From contig JALVOT010000008.1 in assembly GCA_027026255.1 (NCBI GenBank), positions 11,619-75,618 on the forward strand: DNA of 64,000 nucleotides. Direction: 5' to 3'. Shown here in pieces: positions 35,990 through 47,016 of this stretch; positions within the stretch are counted from its first letter, which is position 1, and each line of letters opens with the position of its first letter. The DNA is from a candidate division WOR-3 bacterium. Lineage in GTDB: Bacteria > Hydrothermota > Tepidihabitantia > SM23-42. A model generated the notes under the pieces. It was given only the letters and a program-made list of their open reading frames with translations. It made no database searches and had not been told where the DNA came from. The translations under genes were made by a program, and so were the position numbers.

Positions 35990-36017
35990 TTGACAATTCA
36001 GTGATTCTGAATAGACT
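35990..36017 (+). promoter_or_regulatory. sigma70-type promoter (outer-membrane protein gene)
   Basis: TTGACA (35990-35995), 16 nt, TAGACT (36012-36017), then a leader with an AGGAGG RBS. Confidence 0.45.
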
Positions 36018-36036
36018 TTTATAAACAGGAGGTTAT

Positions 36037-36573
36037 ATGAAACGGATAGCGATCGCCCTGTTTATAATCGTTGTCTTTTTAGGGGCAAAGGATCTGTCTG
36101 GATTAATCGGTATGGGCATCGGTTTCAGTCCTGATACCTACCAGGGATCTACCGGGTATGGTTTGGGATTTCCTGTAATCGATATTGCTGTAACCAGAAT
36201 TGGGATGAGTCAAACTGTAGCAATTGAACCGATTGGACAATTCACCTTAACCGGGGATGGCGATACCGAAGTCCGTTTTCGTCTTTCGGTGCTTGGTGAT
36301 TTTCTTTTAAAAGGACACTCCAGGACAAATATCTATGCCAAGGCAGGGATCGGTTTTGTGATTCAGCCGGGAACTCCAGAGACGATGTTCGGATTTAATC
36401 TACCGTTCGGTTTCGGTCTTGAGCACTTTGTCAGCGATTACTTCTCTGTCAATCTCGCTGCACTGAGCGGATTCAGCTATACCTCAAATCCGAATAATCA
36501 ATCGGGTTCTTCCTGGGAAGTTACACTGGGTAATGAAAAACCGTTTGCCTTCTATCTTCTCTGGTATTATTGA
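36037..36573 (+). CDS. small outer-membrane beta-barrel protein
   Basis: Signal peptide, alternating strands, and a C-terminal aromatic residue (LLWYY). Confidence 0.6.
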   Translation: MKRIAIALFIIVVFLGAKDLSGLIGMGIGFSPDTYQGSTGYGLGFPVIDIAVTRIGMSQTVAIEPIGQFTLTGDGDTEVRFRLSVLGDFLLKGHSRTNIYAKAGIGFVIQPGTPETMFGFNLPFGFGLEHFVSDYFSVNLAALSGFSYTSNPNNQSGSSWEVTLGNEKPFAFYLLWYY

Positions 36574-36618
36574 TAAAGGATTTGTGCCCGACCTTGCAGG
36601 GCAAGGTCGGGCATCCCG

Positions 36619-37032
36619 ATGAAAGAAAATTTCTGTTATTTAGACCATACGGCGGATCTGGGAATTAAGGTTCGGGCAGAGACATTGGATGAACTTTTTA
36701 TCAACATTGCAAAGGCGATATTCAAGACGCAGATTACTGGTAAACTTCAAATAAAAGAAGAAAAAAAGATCCATATCGAGGCTGAATCGATTGAGGAACT
36801 CTTTATTGATTGGTGCCGCGAGTTATTATACAACTTTTCAGTATATGGATTTATTCCCGGGAAGTATAAAGTGGCAGTGAAAAAAAATCGGCTTCAGGCG
36901 GTATTGGCTGGAGATAAATTTGACCAGAAAAGGCATAGAGTAATAATTGAAATAAAAAATCCTACATATCACAATTTGAAGATAGAAAAGACGGGGAACG
37001 GGTTCCAGGCGACAATAATTTTTGATGTGTAG
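36619..37032 (+). CDS. archease
   Basis: YLDHTADLGIKV N-terminal signature and ~137-aa size. Confidence 0.75.
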   Translation: MKENFCYLDHTADLGIKVRAETLDELFINIAKAIFKTQITGKLQIKEEKKIHIEAESIEELFIDWCRELLYNFSVYGFIPGKYKVAVKKNRLQAVLAGDKFDQKRHRVIIEIKNPTYHNLKIEKTGNGFQATIIFDV

Positions 37033-37035
37033 AAG

Positions 37036-37656
37036 CTATTTTAACAGTCCCAGCCAGGGACCCAATAGGAATTGTATCCTGCCGATTAAAAGGCTGACCC
37101 TTGCCATTACAGTATAACCAAATGATGCACCAAATCCAATCATTATAAATATTATACCCAGTTTAGAAGTCGGCTTTAGAATCCCCTTATGCTCACGGGA
37201 AAAATAGAAGTAAATCAATGTGCATACTACACCAATAAAAATGATTGTTGACCAGAGTCCTGCAGTAAAGTTTGAAAAAGAATCAGGAACAACCACGGTG
37301 CCTTCAATCTGTTTGAGAATAAATGCCTGAAAATATGCCGGTATTGAGATTCCGGCGCCCCAGCCGATCATAAAGCCAATCGGTATCCGGACAAGCCAGG
37401 AAACCTTGGGTATAAAACGGGTGAAGTATAAAAGGCCCAATAAAAGGGGGACCAGATAGATAATTTCACCTCGTCCCAGGGGTTCAAAGAGATTCGGCCT
37501 TAAGGCATTATGCCAGTAAAATACTATGTAATAACCATTGGCAACCCCGACAAAGAGATGCTCGGCAAATTTGTAAAATGGGTTGTCTTTATAAAGGAAT
37601 GAAAATATCATCAGGGTTAATATCGCCCCGAGCCATATCCAGGGGTCTGAACTCAT
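37036..37656 (-). CDS. hypothetical polytopic membrane protein (operon gene 4)
   Basis: 206-aa ORF with a 4-nt overlap with gene 3. Confidence 0.6.
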   Translation of the reverse strand: MSSDPWIWLGAILTLMIFSFLYKDNPFYKFAEHLFVGVANGYYIVFYWHNALRPNLFEPLGRGEIIYLVPLLLGLLYFTRFIPKVSWLVRIPIGFMIGWGAGISIPAYFQAFILKQIEGTVVVPDSFSNFTAGLWSTIIFIGVVCTLIYFYFSREHKGILKPTSKLGIIFIMIGFGASFGYTVMARVSLLIGRIQFLLGPWLGLLK

Positions 37657-38519
37657 TGTTTTCTCCTTACAAAGAAATATCCGATATTACCCAGGATAAT
37701 GAAGGCAATAATAAGAAGATGCACCATCTGCTGGGAGTTCATTCCGGTCTCAGCAGTGCCCAGGGATTTTGCATAGCCGTATTTTAATACAAGATTTTCA
37801 TACTCGGCGGCGCCCTTCATCCCGGACATCATTCCGGAGAACTGTCCGGTTTGGAGAAAGGGATAGTATTTGGGTGCCATCACAGCAGTCAATCCAGCCC
37901 CCACCTTCACCCCATAGCGGGTCTGGGGATAGAGGACCCAGGATTCAGGATAGGCACCGGCGGAAAGAATTATTGCAATCGCCACCTGTTTATAATTTTT
38001 TACCCTTTGCATCAGGGGAAAGGAGTCTACTGGATTTCTGAAATAATCACGGGGAAATACACCCTTGATACTCTCGCCCATATCAAGCAGGGCTGCGGTT
38101 AAGCCTGATTTCCAGCCCAGGTATACATAGTCCTCGCCATAAATTATCGAGTCCTCATGGGTTTTTGCATTCTGATTAATTTCCCGGCTCACCTTTGTAA
38201 AGGCATCTACGGCCAGACCCGGACCCTGGGGATCAAACGACATTCCGATAACTGGAATATGGCGACTAAAACAGTGTTTTAATAAGGCAATCGCCATTGG
38301 ATGACATTCGGGCATTGTCTGAGGTGTATAATCGAATGAAATGATGACTGCCTTATCATTTTCTGGAATTGATTCAATAAAGTCAAAGAGCCTTCTGGTC
38401 TGGGGCATAATATTCTGGGGAATTCTGAAATGAAGAAAGAAAGGCAGGATAACCAGAATGGTAAGAAGTAGATATATAATTCTTCGGTCAATCCCGGCAA
38501 TGACTTCATACCACTTCAT
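37653..38519 (-). CDS. hypothetical protein with terminal TM helices (operon gene 3)
   Basis: 288-aa ORF with 4-nt overlaps on both sides. Confidence 0.6.
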   Translation of the reverse strand: MKWYEVIAGIDRRIIYLLLTILVILPFFLHFRIPQNIMPQTRRLFDFIESIPENDKAVIISFDYTPQTMPECHPMAIALLKHCFSRHIPVIGMSFDPQGPGLAVDAFTKVSREINQNAKTHEDSIIYGEDYVYLGWKSGLTAALLDMGESIKGVFPRDYFRNPVDSFPLMQRVKNYKQVAIAIILSAGAYPESWVLYPQTRYGVKVGAGLTAVMAPKYYPFLQTGQFSGMMSGMKGAAEYENLVLKYGYAKSLGTAETGMNSQQMVHLLIIAFIILGNIGYFFVRRKQ

Positions 38520-39139
38520 TCCTTACCTCCAAGCCAGGAACGTTCAATGCCGAGAATAATCTTTAATGCCGTAGCGATTGAACCGAATGCAATACCCAGA
38601 AGGATGCCCCTTTGTGATGCCATATTGGGAACCCGCATAATCCATTCTGCAAATCCTGGAATACCCGGATGGATAAATTGACCAAAGGGCATAAATCCAA
38701 CCATTACAATAAACGAAGCAAGCAGCAATAGTGTCGCCTCTAAACTGCGGGCACGAAACGCCCGGTATGCCGCTGATGCCATATAGTATGCCAGCAGGGC
38801 GAACATTGTCGCGCCCAGGGGTGCCATAATATTCAGGTAAATCTTCTGATACAGGGAATTCGTCCCCACGCCCCAGAATAAGCCGATGACCGCCATAATC
38901 ACCATACTCGTCAGCGTAACCAGACTGTATTGCCAGCCCGGGTTTCTCTTCTGAATCTTCATTCCATGGTGTCGAATCAGATTACCGATTGCCAGAATAA
39001 GTGCGAATGCTATCAGAACAATAATCCATTTATAAATCATACTGCTGAAATTCAATGATACAGGATGCGGGATAAAGAATTGGATAATCATTATTACACC
39101 CATTATCAAACAGATTGCTAAGGGAATTTTTCTCTTCAC
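38516..39139 (-). CDS. hypothetical polytopic membrane protein (operon gene 2)
   Basis: 207-aa ORF with 4-nt overlaps on both sides. Confidence 0.6.
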   Translation of the reverse strand: MKRKIPLAICLIMGVIMIIQFFIPHPVSLNFSSMIYKWIIVLIAFALILAIGNLIRHHGMKIQKRNPGWQYSLVTLTSMVIMAVIGLFWGVGTNSLYQKIYLNIMAPLGATMFALLAYYMASAAYRAFRARSLEATLLLLASFIVMVGFMPFGQFIHPGIPGFAEWIMRVPNMASQRGILLGIAFGSIATALKIILGIERSWLGGKE

Positions 39140-40224
39140 TGCACCCTCAGGTAAGAGATGAGATTTATATTAAAGAATGATAAGACAGTAAAACCGAACA
39201 GGATTGCAAGGACGATTAATTTACCATAATCCTGTGCCTTTAACGAACCTAAAAGCAGGGGTTCATTTGATAGATAGGCCGAGGCGGCATAGAGCTCCTC
39301 ACCAATAAGGGTATAATCGCATGCTGCAACAAAGAATGGAAGCTGAAGGACCGAGTCGGTTCCAGCAATTTGAATCGCGCCGGCCTGGCCTCCGGTTTCT
39401 GCCATAATCAGTGATTCCGCCCAGAAGCTGCCGATAAAAAAGTTTGTCGCCGGTTTTTCCCTGGTCATTATTCCATTGACTGCCGCGGCAAATCCAAATT
39501 GTGCTTCGGTAAGATAGCGCACATAATCTTCTTTAAACTTTTCCGTCCTGCCTTCACTGATAAATGCCTCTTTTACGACTTCCTTGGCGACTGTATAGGT
39601 GACGGACCAGCGATTTACTACAATCAATGGTGTATCATATTGGGCGATTTTTTTCGCCACTTCACCCAGGATATTCATCGAGGCGATCGTGGCTGTAAAA
39701 TCGATATCACCCAGACCGGGCACATAGAGGATCGGCTTGCCCATCTCTGTAGCACGACCCACGGCTTCATCCACTGCATCAAGTCCGGGGATTTTACGGA
39801 TAAATAACTTTTTACCAGACTTAGCCTGCTGGACAAAGTATGCAAGTAATAAGGTAAAGATGATAATACTGATTAAAATATTTGTCCTGCCGGTATGGAA
39901 GAGCTGGGGAGAAGAATGAACCGGATTACTCGGCGGAGAATAGAATAATCGATTATCTTTCACCGCCGCAACCTTATAGAGATAATCTTGCCCATCGCTT
40001 GCCTTCTCATCTTCAAAATTAAAAACCCCCCGTGTTACCATACCGATTCTTTTATATGTAGTATCAGGTAGTGAACAACGAAATATTATATAACCGTCAA
40101 TAATTTTATCATCACAAGAGCCCTGCCATTTTAATTCAATTGTGGAGCCGGCATCATTGGGTCGGTCCAATGCCTTAAGAGCGGTGGGTGGTGAAATGGT
40201 GAGGATTAACAGGAACAAGCACAC
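39136..40224 (-). CDS. hypothetical protein: FN3-like N-terminal domain, TM helix, large cytoplasmic or periplasmic domain, C-terminal TM (operon gene 1)
   Basis: 362-aa ORF. GTG start 5 nt after a TAAAAT -10 box. Confidence 0.6.
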   Translation of the reverse strand: MCLFLLILTISPPTALKALDRPNDAGSTIELKWQGSCDDKIIDGYIIFRCSLPDTTYKRIGMVTRGVFNFEDEKASDGQDYLYKVAAVKDNRLFYSPPSNPVHSSPQLFHTGRTNILISIIIFTLLLAYFVQQAKSGKKLFIRKIPGLDAVDEAVGRATEMGKPILYVPGLGDIDFTATIASMNILGEVAKKIAQYDTPLIVVNRWSVTYTVAKEVVKEAFISEGRTEKFKEDYVRYLTEAQFGFAAAVNGIMTREKPATNFFIGSFWAESLIMAETGGQAGAIQIAGTDSVLQLPFFVAACDYTLIGEELYAASAYLSNEPLLLGSLKAQDYGKLIVLAILFGFTVLSFFNINLISYLRVQ

Positions 40225-40229
40225 CCTGA

Positions 40230-40257
40230 ATTTTAACTAAAAATTTGATTATGTCAA
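40230..40257 (-). promoter_or_regulatory. sigma70-type promoter, leaderless geometry (4-gene membrane operon)
   Basis: Minus strand reads TTGACA (40257-40252), 16 nt, TAAAAT (40235-40230), 5 nt, GTG (40224). Confidence 0.5.
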
Positions 40258-40272
40258 TACACGATTAAAAAT

Positions 40273-42336
40273 TCAGATTAACCAATTCTGCAGTTTTACG
40301 GTATCGAGATCAACATTAAACTTCAAGACCGGTGTGTGGTCCACATCAGTGCTGTTTTTTACAGCAATCATTATAAATTCAATCGCACGGTCTTTTTCAG
40401 TAACGATATTATTATAAGGGATTGCAATTTCCCCGATTTTATCAATCTTATAATCAATCCCCCCGGTCTCTCCGAGTTTAAATGTTATCTCCTTTGGTTT
40501 ATAAAATTTAATCTTGTATTGATAGTCTTCGGGCCGGTGGTCCTCAAGGTCAAATCTTATGTAGATATACTTTTCATCAAATCCGCAGTAGACCATTGAG
40601 AAGATGCCGGCAAACCGATGTCGGGTTCCCCCCAGCCTTTTGATATTGGCATATCCGGCGTTAAACCACTCATAAAAATGGGTAAGTCGACCATCGATTA
40701 CCGGCGTCATTTTATCAATCGGTTGATAAACCGGCACCTCGGTCGATTTCTTTATTGGAGAAAACAGTTCGGGCGGAACCTCCCCGCCGAGCTGTTTATA
40801 GAGTGCGATTGCGTTTGTTCGAAAAAGTTCATCAAATGCCTCGACCGCCGGGGCATAGTGCTGACCACCAAACCACCAGAACCAATCAGAACCTTCAAGG
40901 ATGTAGAATCTTTGCCAGGTCTTTTTGTCTTTAATATTTTTTTCAATCAAAAACCGCCTCAAATCAGAGACAATCTTCCATGCCCGCTGTGTCTCCTTAG
41001 ATTTTATCCAGGGGTTAAAATGAGTTCCCGCCCAGGTTCCCGGAAACAGGGTCTTTAATTTATTGTGGGTTTTAGAACGGCAGAGAAATTCAGAAAAGGT
41101 CGTTGTTGATATCTTTTCTTTTACTAAATTTTCATAGAGTAAATTGAGAAATTGAGTGCCATCTGAAGGATAGTTTTCCCAGGGATTTTCTCCATCAAGA
41201 ATAACCGGGATGATAAAGTTTTTAAAGGGCGGCAAACTATTTCTTAATTCCTTGAGACGATTTATAAAGTCATTTACCGCAACCGGAGGGTCATAGGAAT
41301 TATAGGTATGATATATCAGATTGGAAAGAACCCGATCTCGAAAGAATATTGTGATATCTTTAAATCGCCAGGGCCGGTATAAAATTTCCGCCTGCCGGGG
41401 GATACCCTGTTCATCGCGAGAAAAAGATTGCTGCTGGCTCCTTGCCAATAACTCTTCATCGGCTGCAAGCCACTTAATCCCTTCTCTTTTCAGCATAGGA
41501 ATCAGTTCTTTGCAGACTCCGGCTTCAGGAGGCCAGAAACCGGCCGGTTTTCGTCCAAATAACTTTTTGAATATCTCTATACCGTCTTCTATCTGGGCCC
41601 GGGCATCGTCCGGGAATGAAAAGTTTATACTGAGTTCAAGGTTCGGGTCGCATAGCCGGGCGATTTTGCTGTCAATCAATATCGGTAATATCGGATGATG
41701 AAGGGCTGATGTGGTGATTTCAATCTTTCCCGCATCGAATGCCTTTTTATATTCATCCAGGGTTGATTTGATGATTTTTTTTTGAAGTTCAATTACCCGT
41801 AATTTGTCATCTTCAGTGAAGTTTCTGGATTTGTTATATAAATCAAGAATTGCAGCACGAAACATCGGGTCTATCCAGACCAGATTTGACCAGATTTGCA
41901 AATCACGAAACTCTTCGGTGGTGAATGTCCGGGCAATTGTTGGTAACTCATCTTCAACAATATATTTACCCCTTTTTAATAGTAGTGAAAAATATCTTGG
42001 ATATGGTTCAATCATCCTCTCCCAGTTGGTCAGAAAGAAGTCCCTGAGTATCTCTATCTTTTCCTCAAGGGTCAGATTTCCGGCATCCTTTTTAAATAGT
42101 TCAAATTGGCGGTCGGTTACCCTGTCGTGTTGATACGCGTCAATCAGAATAAGCAGTGAAGGGGTAAAGTTGAATGTTGCATGGATTTCTGGAAATTCCT
42201 CAATATGTTTCAGCATATCCAGATAATCCTTTATCAGGTGAAGTCTTACCCAGGGCAGAATGAGTATATTGTTATCGGGTTTGGATAATATCGGCTGATG
42301 GAAATGCCAATAGAATGCTACACTTATATTATCCAA
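40273..42336 (-). CDS. glycoside hydrolase family 57 (alpha-glucan-active enzyme)
   Basis: 687-aa ORF. N-terminus FYWHFHQP, plus DGENPWE and WFWWFG motifs typical of GH57. TTG start. Confidence 0.8.
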   Translation of the reverse strand: MDNISVAFYWHFHQPILSKPDNNILILPWVRLHLIKDYLDMLKHIEEFPEIHATFNFTPSLLILIDAYQHDRVTDRQFELFKKDAGNLTLEEKIEILRDFFLTNWERMIEPYPRYFSLLLKRGKYIVEDELPTIARTFTTEEFRDLQIWSNLVWIDPMFRAAILDLYNKSRNFTEDDKLRVIELQKKIIKSTLDEYKKAFDAGKIEITTSALHHPILPILIDSKIARLCDPNLELSINFSFPDDARAQIEDGIEIFKKLFGRKPAGFWPPEAGVCKELIPMLKREGIKWLAADEELLARSQQQSFSRDEQGIPRQAEILYRPWRFKDITIFFRDRVLSNLIYHTYNSYDPPVAVNDFINRLKELRNSLPPFKNFIIPVILDGENPWENYPSDGTQFLNLLYENLVKEKISTTTFSEFLCRSKTHNKLKTLFPGTWAGTHFNPWIKSKETQRAWKIVSDLRRFLIEKNIKDKKTWQRFYILEGSDWFWWFGGQHYAPAVEAFDELFRTNAIALYKQLGGEVPPELFSPIKKSTEVPVYQPIDKMTPVIDGRLTHFYEWFNAGYANIKRLGGTRHRFAGIFSMVYCGFDEKYIYIRFDLEDHRPEDYQYKIKFYKPKEITFKLGETGGIDYKIDKIGEIAIPYNNIVTEKDRAIEFIMIAVKNSTDVDHTPVLKFNVDLDTVKLQNWLI

Positions 42337-42350
42337 GACTGATTTTTTTT

Positions 42351-43010
42351 CTATTTATTAAAATATCCCAGATAAAATCTTGCGTCAGCGTCGATTTGCC
42401 GGGGAGGTTTCTTCTTAAGCAGTTCTTTAAACGCCCTTTTTGCCTCCTCGGTATTACCCAGAATGCCGTTTACCCTCCCATAGGCAAGTAAACCCAATAG
42501 ATAAAATTTTGAATCTTTATCCTTGATGAGTTTTTTGTAGTATCCCAAGGCACGCTTATAATCTTTTAAGCCTTCAGCCGCACAGCCGGCACCCAGAAGT
42601 GCTGAGGGTCTCAGAAGATAATCCTTCTTCTGCAGGGTAAGAAATTTTTCAAAATAATCCAACGCCGCCGCGAAATTTCCTGAGTGGTATTTTATAACTC
42701 CTAAGTAGTAGAGACCGATTTTGCCCGGCCTTGTATTCTGGAAATTTTCAGTCAGCTGGGTTAATACCTTTTCCGCATCCTGGGTTCTGCCTACAGAAAT
42801 CATGCCAATCGCCTGGGTATAAAGAAGTTCGGCTTGAGGATTTTCAGTTTCACCCCGGGATAGAAAATAGACGAGAAGTCCGCAGCCGATAACAAAGGCG
42901 ATGCCCACAAATATTGCGGTTTCCCGATGCCGGACAATAAGTTTCATTACCTTTTCCATTGTGGAAAGGAATTCGTCTTCCTCTCTTACACCCCTTTTCC
43001 TTGTTCTCAT
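42351..43010 (-). CDS. membrane-anchored TPR-repeat protein
   Basis: 219-aa ORF with one TM helix followed by TPR-like repeats. Confidence 0.65.
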   Translation of the reverse strand: MRTRKRGVREEDEFLSTMEKVMKLIVRHRETAIFVGIAFVIGCGLLVYFLSRGETENPQAELLYTQAIGMISVGRTQDAEKVLTQLTENFQNTRPGKIGLYYLGVIKYHSGNFAAALDYFEKFLTLQKKDYLLRPSALLGAGCAAEGLKDYKRALGYYKKLIKDKDSKFYLLGLLAYGRVNGILGNTEEAKRAFKELLKKKPPRQIDADARFYLGYFNK

Positions 43011-43041
43011 ATCATCTCCTTATCCGGAAAATAATCCATAC

Positions 43042-43115
43042 CACCCCTGACCCGATTCGAACGGGTGACCTGCGGTTTAGGAAACCGCCGCTCTATCCTG
43101 CTGAGCTACAGGGGT
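43042..43115 (-). tRNA. tRNA-Arg (anticodon CCT)
   Basis: Manual cloverleaf: acceptor ACCCCTG/CAGGGGT, anticodon stem GCGGT/ACCGC with loop TTCCTAA, T-arm ACCCG-TTCGAAT-CGGGT. No encoded CCA. Confidence 0.9.
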
Positions 43116-43170
43116 AGATTTTTATTAGCATATTATAGCGAATTTTTTATCTTAGTCAACAAAAAGAACC

Positions 43171-44253
43171 TTATCTTTTCACCCGAAGCATCAGGAAACC
43201 ACCGAGTATTCCGAAGATGATATTGGGAAGCCAGGCTGAGGTTATCGGGTCCATCAAACCGGCAACTCCGTAGGCACGGCACGATTGTATCACACCCCAA
43301 TATACGAATGCCAGGACGATACTTATCCCAAGACCGATTGCGATCCCGCCTTTTTTCAAAACCACTGATATAGGCAGGACGATGAGAAGCACAATCAAGG
43401 TGATCAAGGGATAAGAGAAACGATAATTCAACTCCACCCTTTCCTTTACGACATCCTGACCGGCCCTTGACCGTTTTTTCACAAATTTAATAAGCTCAAG
43501 AAAATTCATCTCTTCAAGCGGTTTTATCCGACGAAGAAAATCTTCCGGTTTTTCCTTGAGTTCAGGCATGGTCAATCTGGGATAGACATTCAGTTTCTCA
43601 TTTCCGGAAGAATCAAATTCCCGTACCGTAACACTCTCCAGGACCCAGCCATTCTGATAAAATCCTCTTATGGCATCAATCCTTTTTTTAATCTTCTGAT
43701 CCTTCCGGGAAATCTTCCAGAGTGTTAAGTGATTTAATGTTTTTGAATTACCATCAAAACTTTTGATAAAATAGACCCAGTTATCTTCTCCATAATAAAA
43801 AAAGTTGCTTCTGCGCATTGATTTTCTTATCGGCCTTTTATCAATCTTTGCCCGTTTATGTTCAAACATCTTTGTCTGTGCCCAGGTTCCGACTGTTTCC
43901 TGGAAGATAAATGTGAATAAGACAATGACCAGCCCGGTCTCCAAAAGGAGGAAGAATAGTTGATTAATATCCATACCGCCGGTCTTCAGCGCAAGCATCT
44001 CGTTATTTTTTGTCATTATTCCAAAGACGAAAAATACCGCCATAATAGTAGCAACCGGTATCAAGAGTACAATATATGATGGAGTGAGATATAGATAATA
44101 GATAAAGATATCAATACCCGAGACATTGCGGGCGAGGAATTTTCCCAGATTATCAAAGAGGTTAATAATAACATAGATGAATACGAGCACAGCCAAGCAT
44201 ATTATTAGATAGCGGAGAAACATTTTGAGTACATAGGCATTGATTATCTTCAT
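43171..44253 (-). CDS. lptG: LptF/LptG-family LPS export permease (second of the pair)
   Basis: 360-aa ORF with YjgP/YjgQ-type topology. 4-nt overlap with the upstream paralogue. Confidence 0.75.
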   Translation of the reverse strand: MKIINAYVLKMFLRYLIICLAVLVFIYVIINLFDNLGKFLARNVSGIDIFIYYLYLTPSYIVLLIPVATIMAVFFVFGIMTKNNEMLALKTGGMDINQLFFLLLETGLVIVLFTFIFQETVGTWAQTKMFEHKRAKIDKRPIRKSMRRSNFFYYGEDNWVYFIKSFDGNSKTLNHLTLWKISRKDQKIKKRIDAIRGFYQNGWVLESVTVREFDSSGNEKLNVYPRLTMPELKEKPEDFLRRIKPLEEMNFLELIKFVKKRSRAGQDVVKERVELNYRFSYPLITLIVLLIVLPISVVLKKGGIAIGLGISIVLAFVYWGVIQSCRAYGVAGLMDPITSAWLPNIIFGILGGFLMLRVKR

Positions 44254-45488
44254 GTTTTTAAGATTGGACGGTCATATTCAGCAGTCCAGTAAAGATATAC
44301 ACCAATTATCAGAAGGATGATATTGGGCAGCCAGGTTGCCCAGAATGGAGAAAAGCCTTTGCGGTCGGCAAATTCCTCACCGCCGATTACCATTATATAA
44401 TAGAGTGAAAATAGCATAACACCGATGAGGATGCCGCCAATCCCACCGCGTCTGAAGATATAGCCGGCCGGTGCACCGATTAAGATAAATACGATACAGG
44501 CAAATGCAAGGGAAAATTTTTTGTTGAGGGAGACGAGATACCGGGATGTCTTTCTCCTCTGCCCTTTGAGAATTGTAAGGTTTCGCTTGATTTGAAATGC
44601 GATACGGTCTAAGGTGTGAACATCGCCGTTCAAATAACCATTCAGCCCTGCCTTACCAAGGCTGTCAATCTTCGCTTCGGTCTTTTTGATGTCGTTTTTG
44701 AATCGTTCAATCCGCTGCAGAAGATTGAACAGGGTTAATTCATCTTCGTTTCGATATTTACGGGTCTTTCTTTCGAGTTCAGTTTTTAAAGGCATATTGA
44801 TAAGCTGTTTTTTGAAATTCGTCTTTTGATACCTTTCATTATCAACGAGTTGATGAAGTTCACCGTCATAGAGGATGAATTGCAGAATCTCTTCATCTTC
44901 AAAGTTTTTCAATTCTCCCCGGGGTGCGGTAATCAATAAGCGCTTACTGAAATTATAGATTGTAACATCATAAATCCTTGAATGTTTCTCATCCTTTTTA
45001 CCGATATAGATTGTGTAGCCGGGAAAATCATTGGAGAAGATGCCTTCAGGCAGGCGCACTGCGGGACGCTTTCTTGAAACATCGAGCATCAAATTTCTCA
45101 CCCGATGATTTGACTCCGGGAGGATAAAGCCGTTGAATAACATCAGAAAGACCATAAAGAGGGAGGTGAGAAGTAGAGGTACCTTGACCATTGAAAAGAA
45201 TGAGAAACCGCTCGTCTTTAAGGCAAGGATTTCATTTTCCTGAGAAAATCTACCCATACTCATCACCACCGCAACCAGAATTGCCATTGGTGCTGTATAA
45301 GAAACCACTAAGGGCAGGGAATAGATGAGAATCTGGCCCACTATATAGATTGGCAATCCCTTTCTCACAAATAGGTCAATGAGCCGGAACAGCTCATTCA
45401 TTAAGAGGATGAATGTCAGGGCAAACAGGGAAAAGACAAAAGGGGGAACAAATTCTTTAATAAAATAGCGGTCGATTATTCTAATCAA
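44250..45488 (-). CDS. lptF: LptF/LptG-family LPS export permease (first of the pair)
   Basis: 412-aa ORF with the same fold and topology as the neighbour. Confidence 0.75.
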   Translation of the reverse strand: MIRIIDRYFIKEFVPPFVFSLFALTFILLMNELFRLIDLFVRKGLPIYIVGQILIYSLPLVVSYTAPMAILVAVVMSMGRFSQENEILALKTSGFSFFSMVKVPLLLTSLFMVFLMLFNGFILPESNHRVRNLMLDVSRKRPAVRLPEGIFSNDFPGYTIYIGKKDEKHSRIYDVTIYNFSKRLLITAPRGELKNFEDEEILQFILYDGELHQLVDNERYQKTNFKKQLINMPLKTELERKTRKYRNEDELTLFNLLQRIERFKNDIKKTEAKIDSLGKAGLNGYLNGDVHTLDRIAFQIKRNLTILKGQRRKTSRYLVSLNKKFSLAFACIVFILIGAPAGYIFRRGGIGGILIGVMLFSLYYIMVIGGEEFADRKGFSPFWATWLPNIILLIIGVYLYWTAEYDRPILKT

Positions 45489-46242
45489 TAAGACCCCTCT
45501 GTTTTAAGATATCCAGCGCCCTTACCAGCATTGTGGTTCGCGCATAGGCCTCGGGATTGATAGCAGGGTTAAAATTTAGGATGCCCTGCTCAACAAGTCT
45601 CATATAGGGGAGATACAGATAGGAATGGCTTGAGATATAATTCAGCCGATAAAATTTCTTTGGCCGGGAGGGCTGCAGAAATCGGTCCAGGATAATTATC
45701 AGATTGCCATTGGTGATTGTATCATTATCATAGAATTTACCGTTGGGGAGGATGGGAAGGTAGTTGTGTGACATTACATATACCATTGGGTCTAACACAG
45801 ATTGTCTGTTAACTGCACCGCACATCAGCTCGGCAAAGAGGCGTCGGGTGAGGGGGAAGAAGTCATCAATCTTATCCTTTAAGGAAACCGGGATGTCTTT
45901 AATTAAATTATACAGTTTTGTATACCGTTTTTCTTTGTGATAAAGATAAGCAAGATTTAATACTACATTCTTGTCTCGTTTGCCGATTTTCATAAGTTGT
46001 TCTAAGGTTGAAATCATCCTCTTTTGATTATTCAGTTTTTTGTAGCATCTGAAAAGGTAGTATAGTGTAGTATCTGAATCAGGATGTTTTGAATAATAGA
46101 GATTAAAGTATCTGATGGCCTGACTTATCTCTCCTTTTTGATAGTAAGCCTGTGCCTTTTTAAAGTCATTATGCGGCTTTAAGAATGGTATACAGCTTAT
46201 AAAAAGAAAGATTATGGGCCAATAATAATAGCGACACGGCAT
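45481..46242 (-). CDS. hypothetical protein with N-terminal TPR-like repeats
   Basis: 253-aa ORF. The start is uncertain because it overlaps the upstream gene by 31 nt. Confidence 0.55.
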   Translation of the reverse strand: MPCRYYYWPIIFLFISCIPFLKPHNDFKKAQAYYQKGEISQAIRYFNLYYSKHPDSDTTLYYLFRCYKKLNNQKRMISTLEQLMKIGKRDKNVVLNLAYLYHKEKRYTKLYNLIKDIPVSLKDKIDDFFPLTRRLFAELMCGAVNRQSVLDPMVYVMSHNYLPILPNGKFYDNDTITNGNLIIILDRFLQPSRPKKFYRLNYISSHSYLYLPYMRLVEQGILNFNPAINPEAYARTTMLVRALDILKQRGLID

Positions 46243-46985
46243 TCTTTTAAAAGTTTAAGGTTGTTTTTTGAACCGTGAATAAGACGGGCATCAGAGGAAG
46301 ATATCTTAATATCGGATAGATTCTTACCCATTACGCCGATTGCCTCAATCCTTAAAGGGTTATTGCCGATTCTTGAATTATTATGTAGCTCAGTCCGGGA
46401 ATAAAGGACTACCCCATTTTCTATAATATTGTGAATTTCAGCAAAATTGACGGAGTGCACTTCATTCATTGATTCATTATATATCCTGGGAAACAGGCAG
46501 GGCTTTACACCCAACCCCCGGGCATCAATTATGATTCCAGTGTAATTGGTCGAAGTAATCTCCTGGGGAATTAACTGCAGGCCGTCAGGGATGGGTCTGC
46601 CTTTGGGCCAGGGTTGACCACAGCAAGGGCAGAGCATAGGCACAACGAATTTTACCGGTTCTGTTTCTGGCATCAGCAGATTGAGAATTTTGGGAATCAA
46701 TGATAATTGACTGGCATATTCAATGCTGCCGTCGGTCAGATAGTTCTGGCTCATACGCGGCGATTTAAAGATTAACTTATCTAAAGCCGATTCCTGTTCC
46801 GGATGTTTCTTTAAAAAATCTTTGACCAGTAATTTACTATCGTAGGGAAGATTGTATAATTCTTCTTTCAGAAGCGGAATAATTGAATCACGATTTGTAC
46901 TTGAGACCTTCAGAGTCATTGCAGGCCAATCCATCTTTGCCCCGGCAACAGCGGTGAAAATTAAAAAAATTATTAGCTTTCTCAT
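46212..46985 (-). CDS. hypothetical secreted protein
   Basis: 257-aa ORF with a signal peptide. AAGGAGG RBS. Confidence 0.6.
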   Translation of the reverse strand: MRKLIIFLIFTAVAGAKMDWPAMTLKVSSTNRDSIIPLLKEELYNLPYDSKLLVKDFLKKHPEQESALDKLIFKSPRMSQNYLTDGSIEYASQLSLIPKILNLLMPETEPVKFVVPMLCPCCGQPWPKGRPIPDGLQLIPQEITSTNYTGIIIDARGLGVKPCLFPRIYNESMNEVHSVNFAEIHNIIENGVVLYSRTELHNNSRIGNNPLRIEAIGVMGKNLSDIKISSSDARLIHGSKNNLKLLKECRVAIIIGP

Positions 46986-47016
46986 TAAACCTCCTTGGTT
47001 TAAGTTTTGAAAGATA

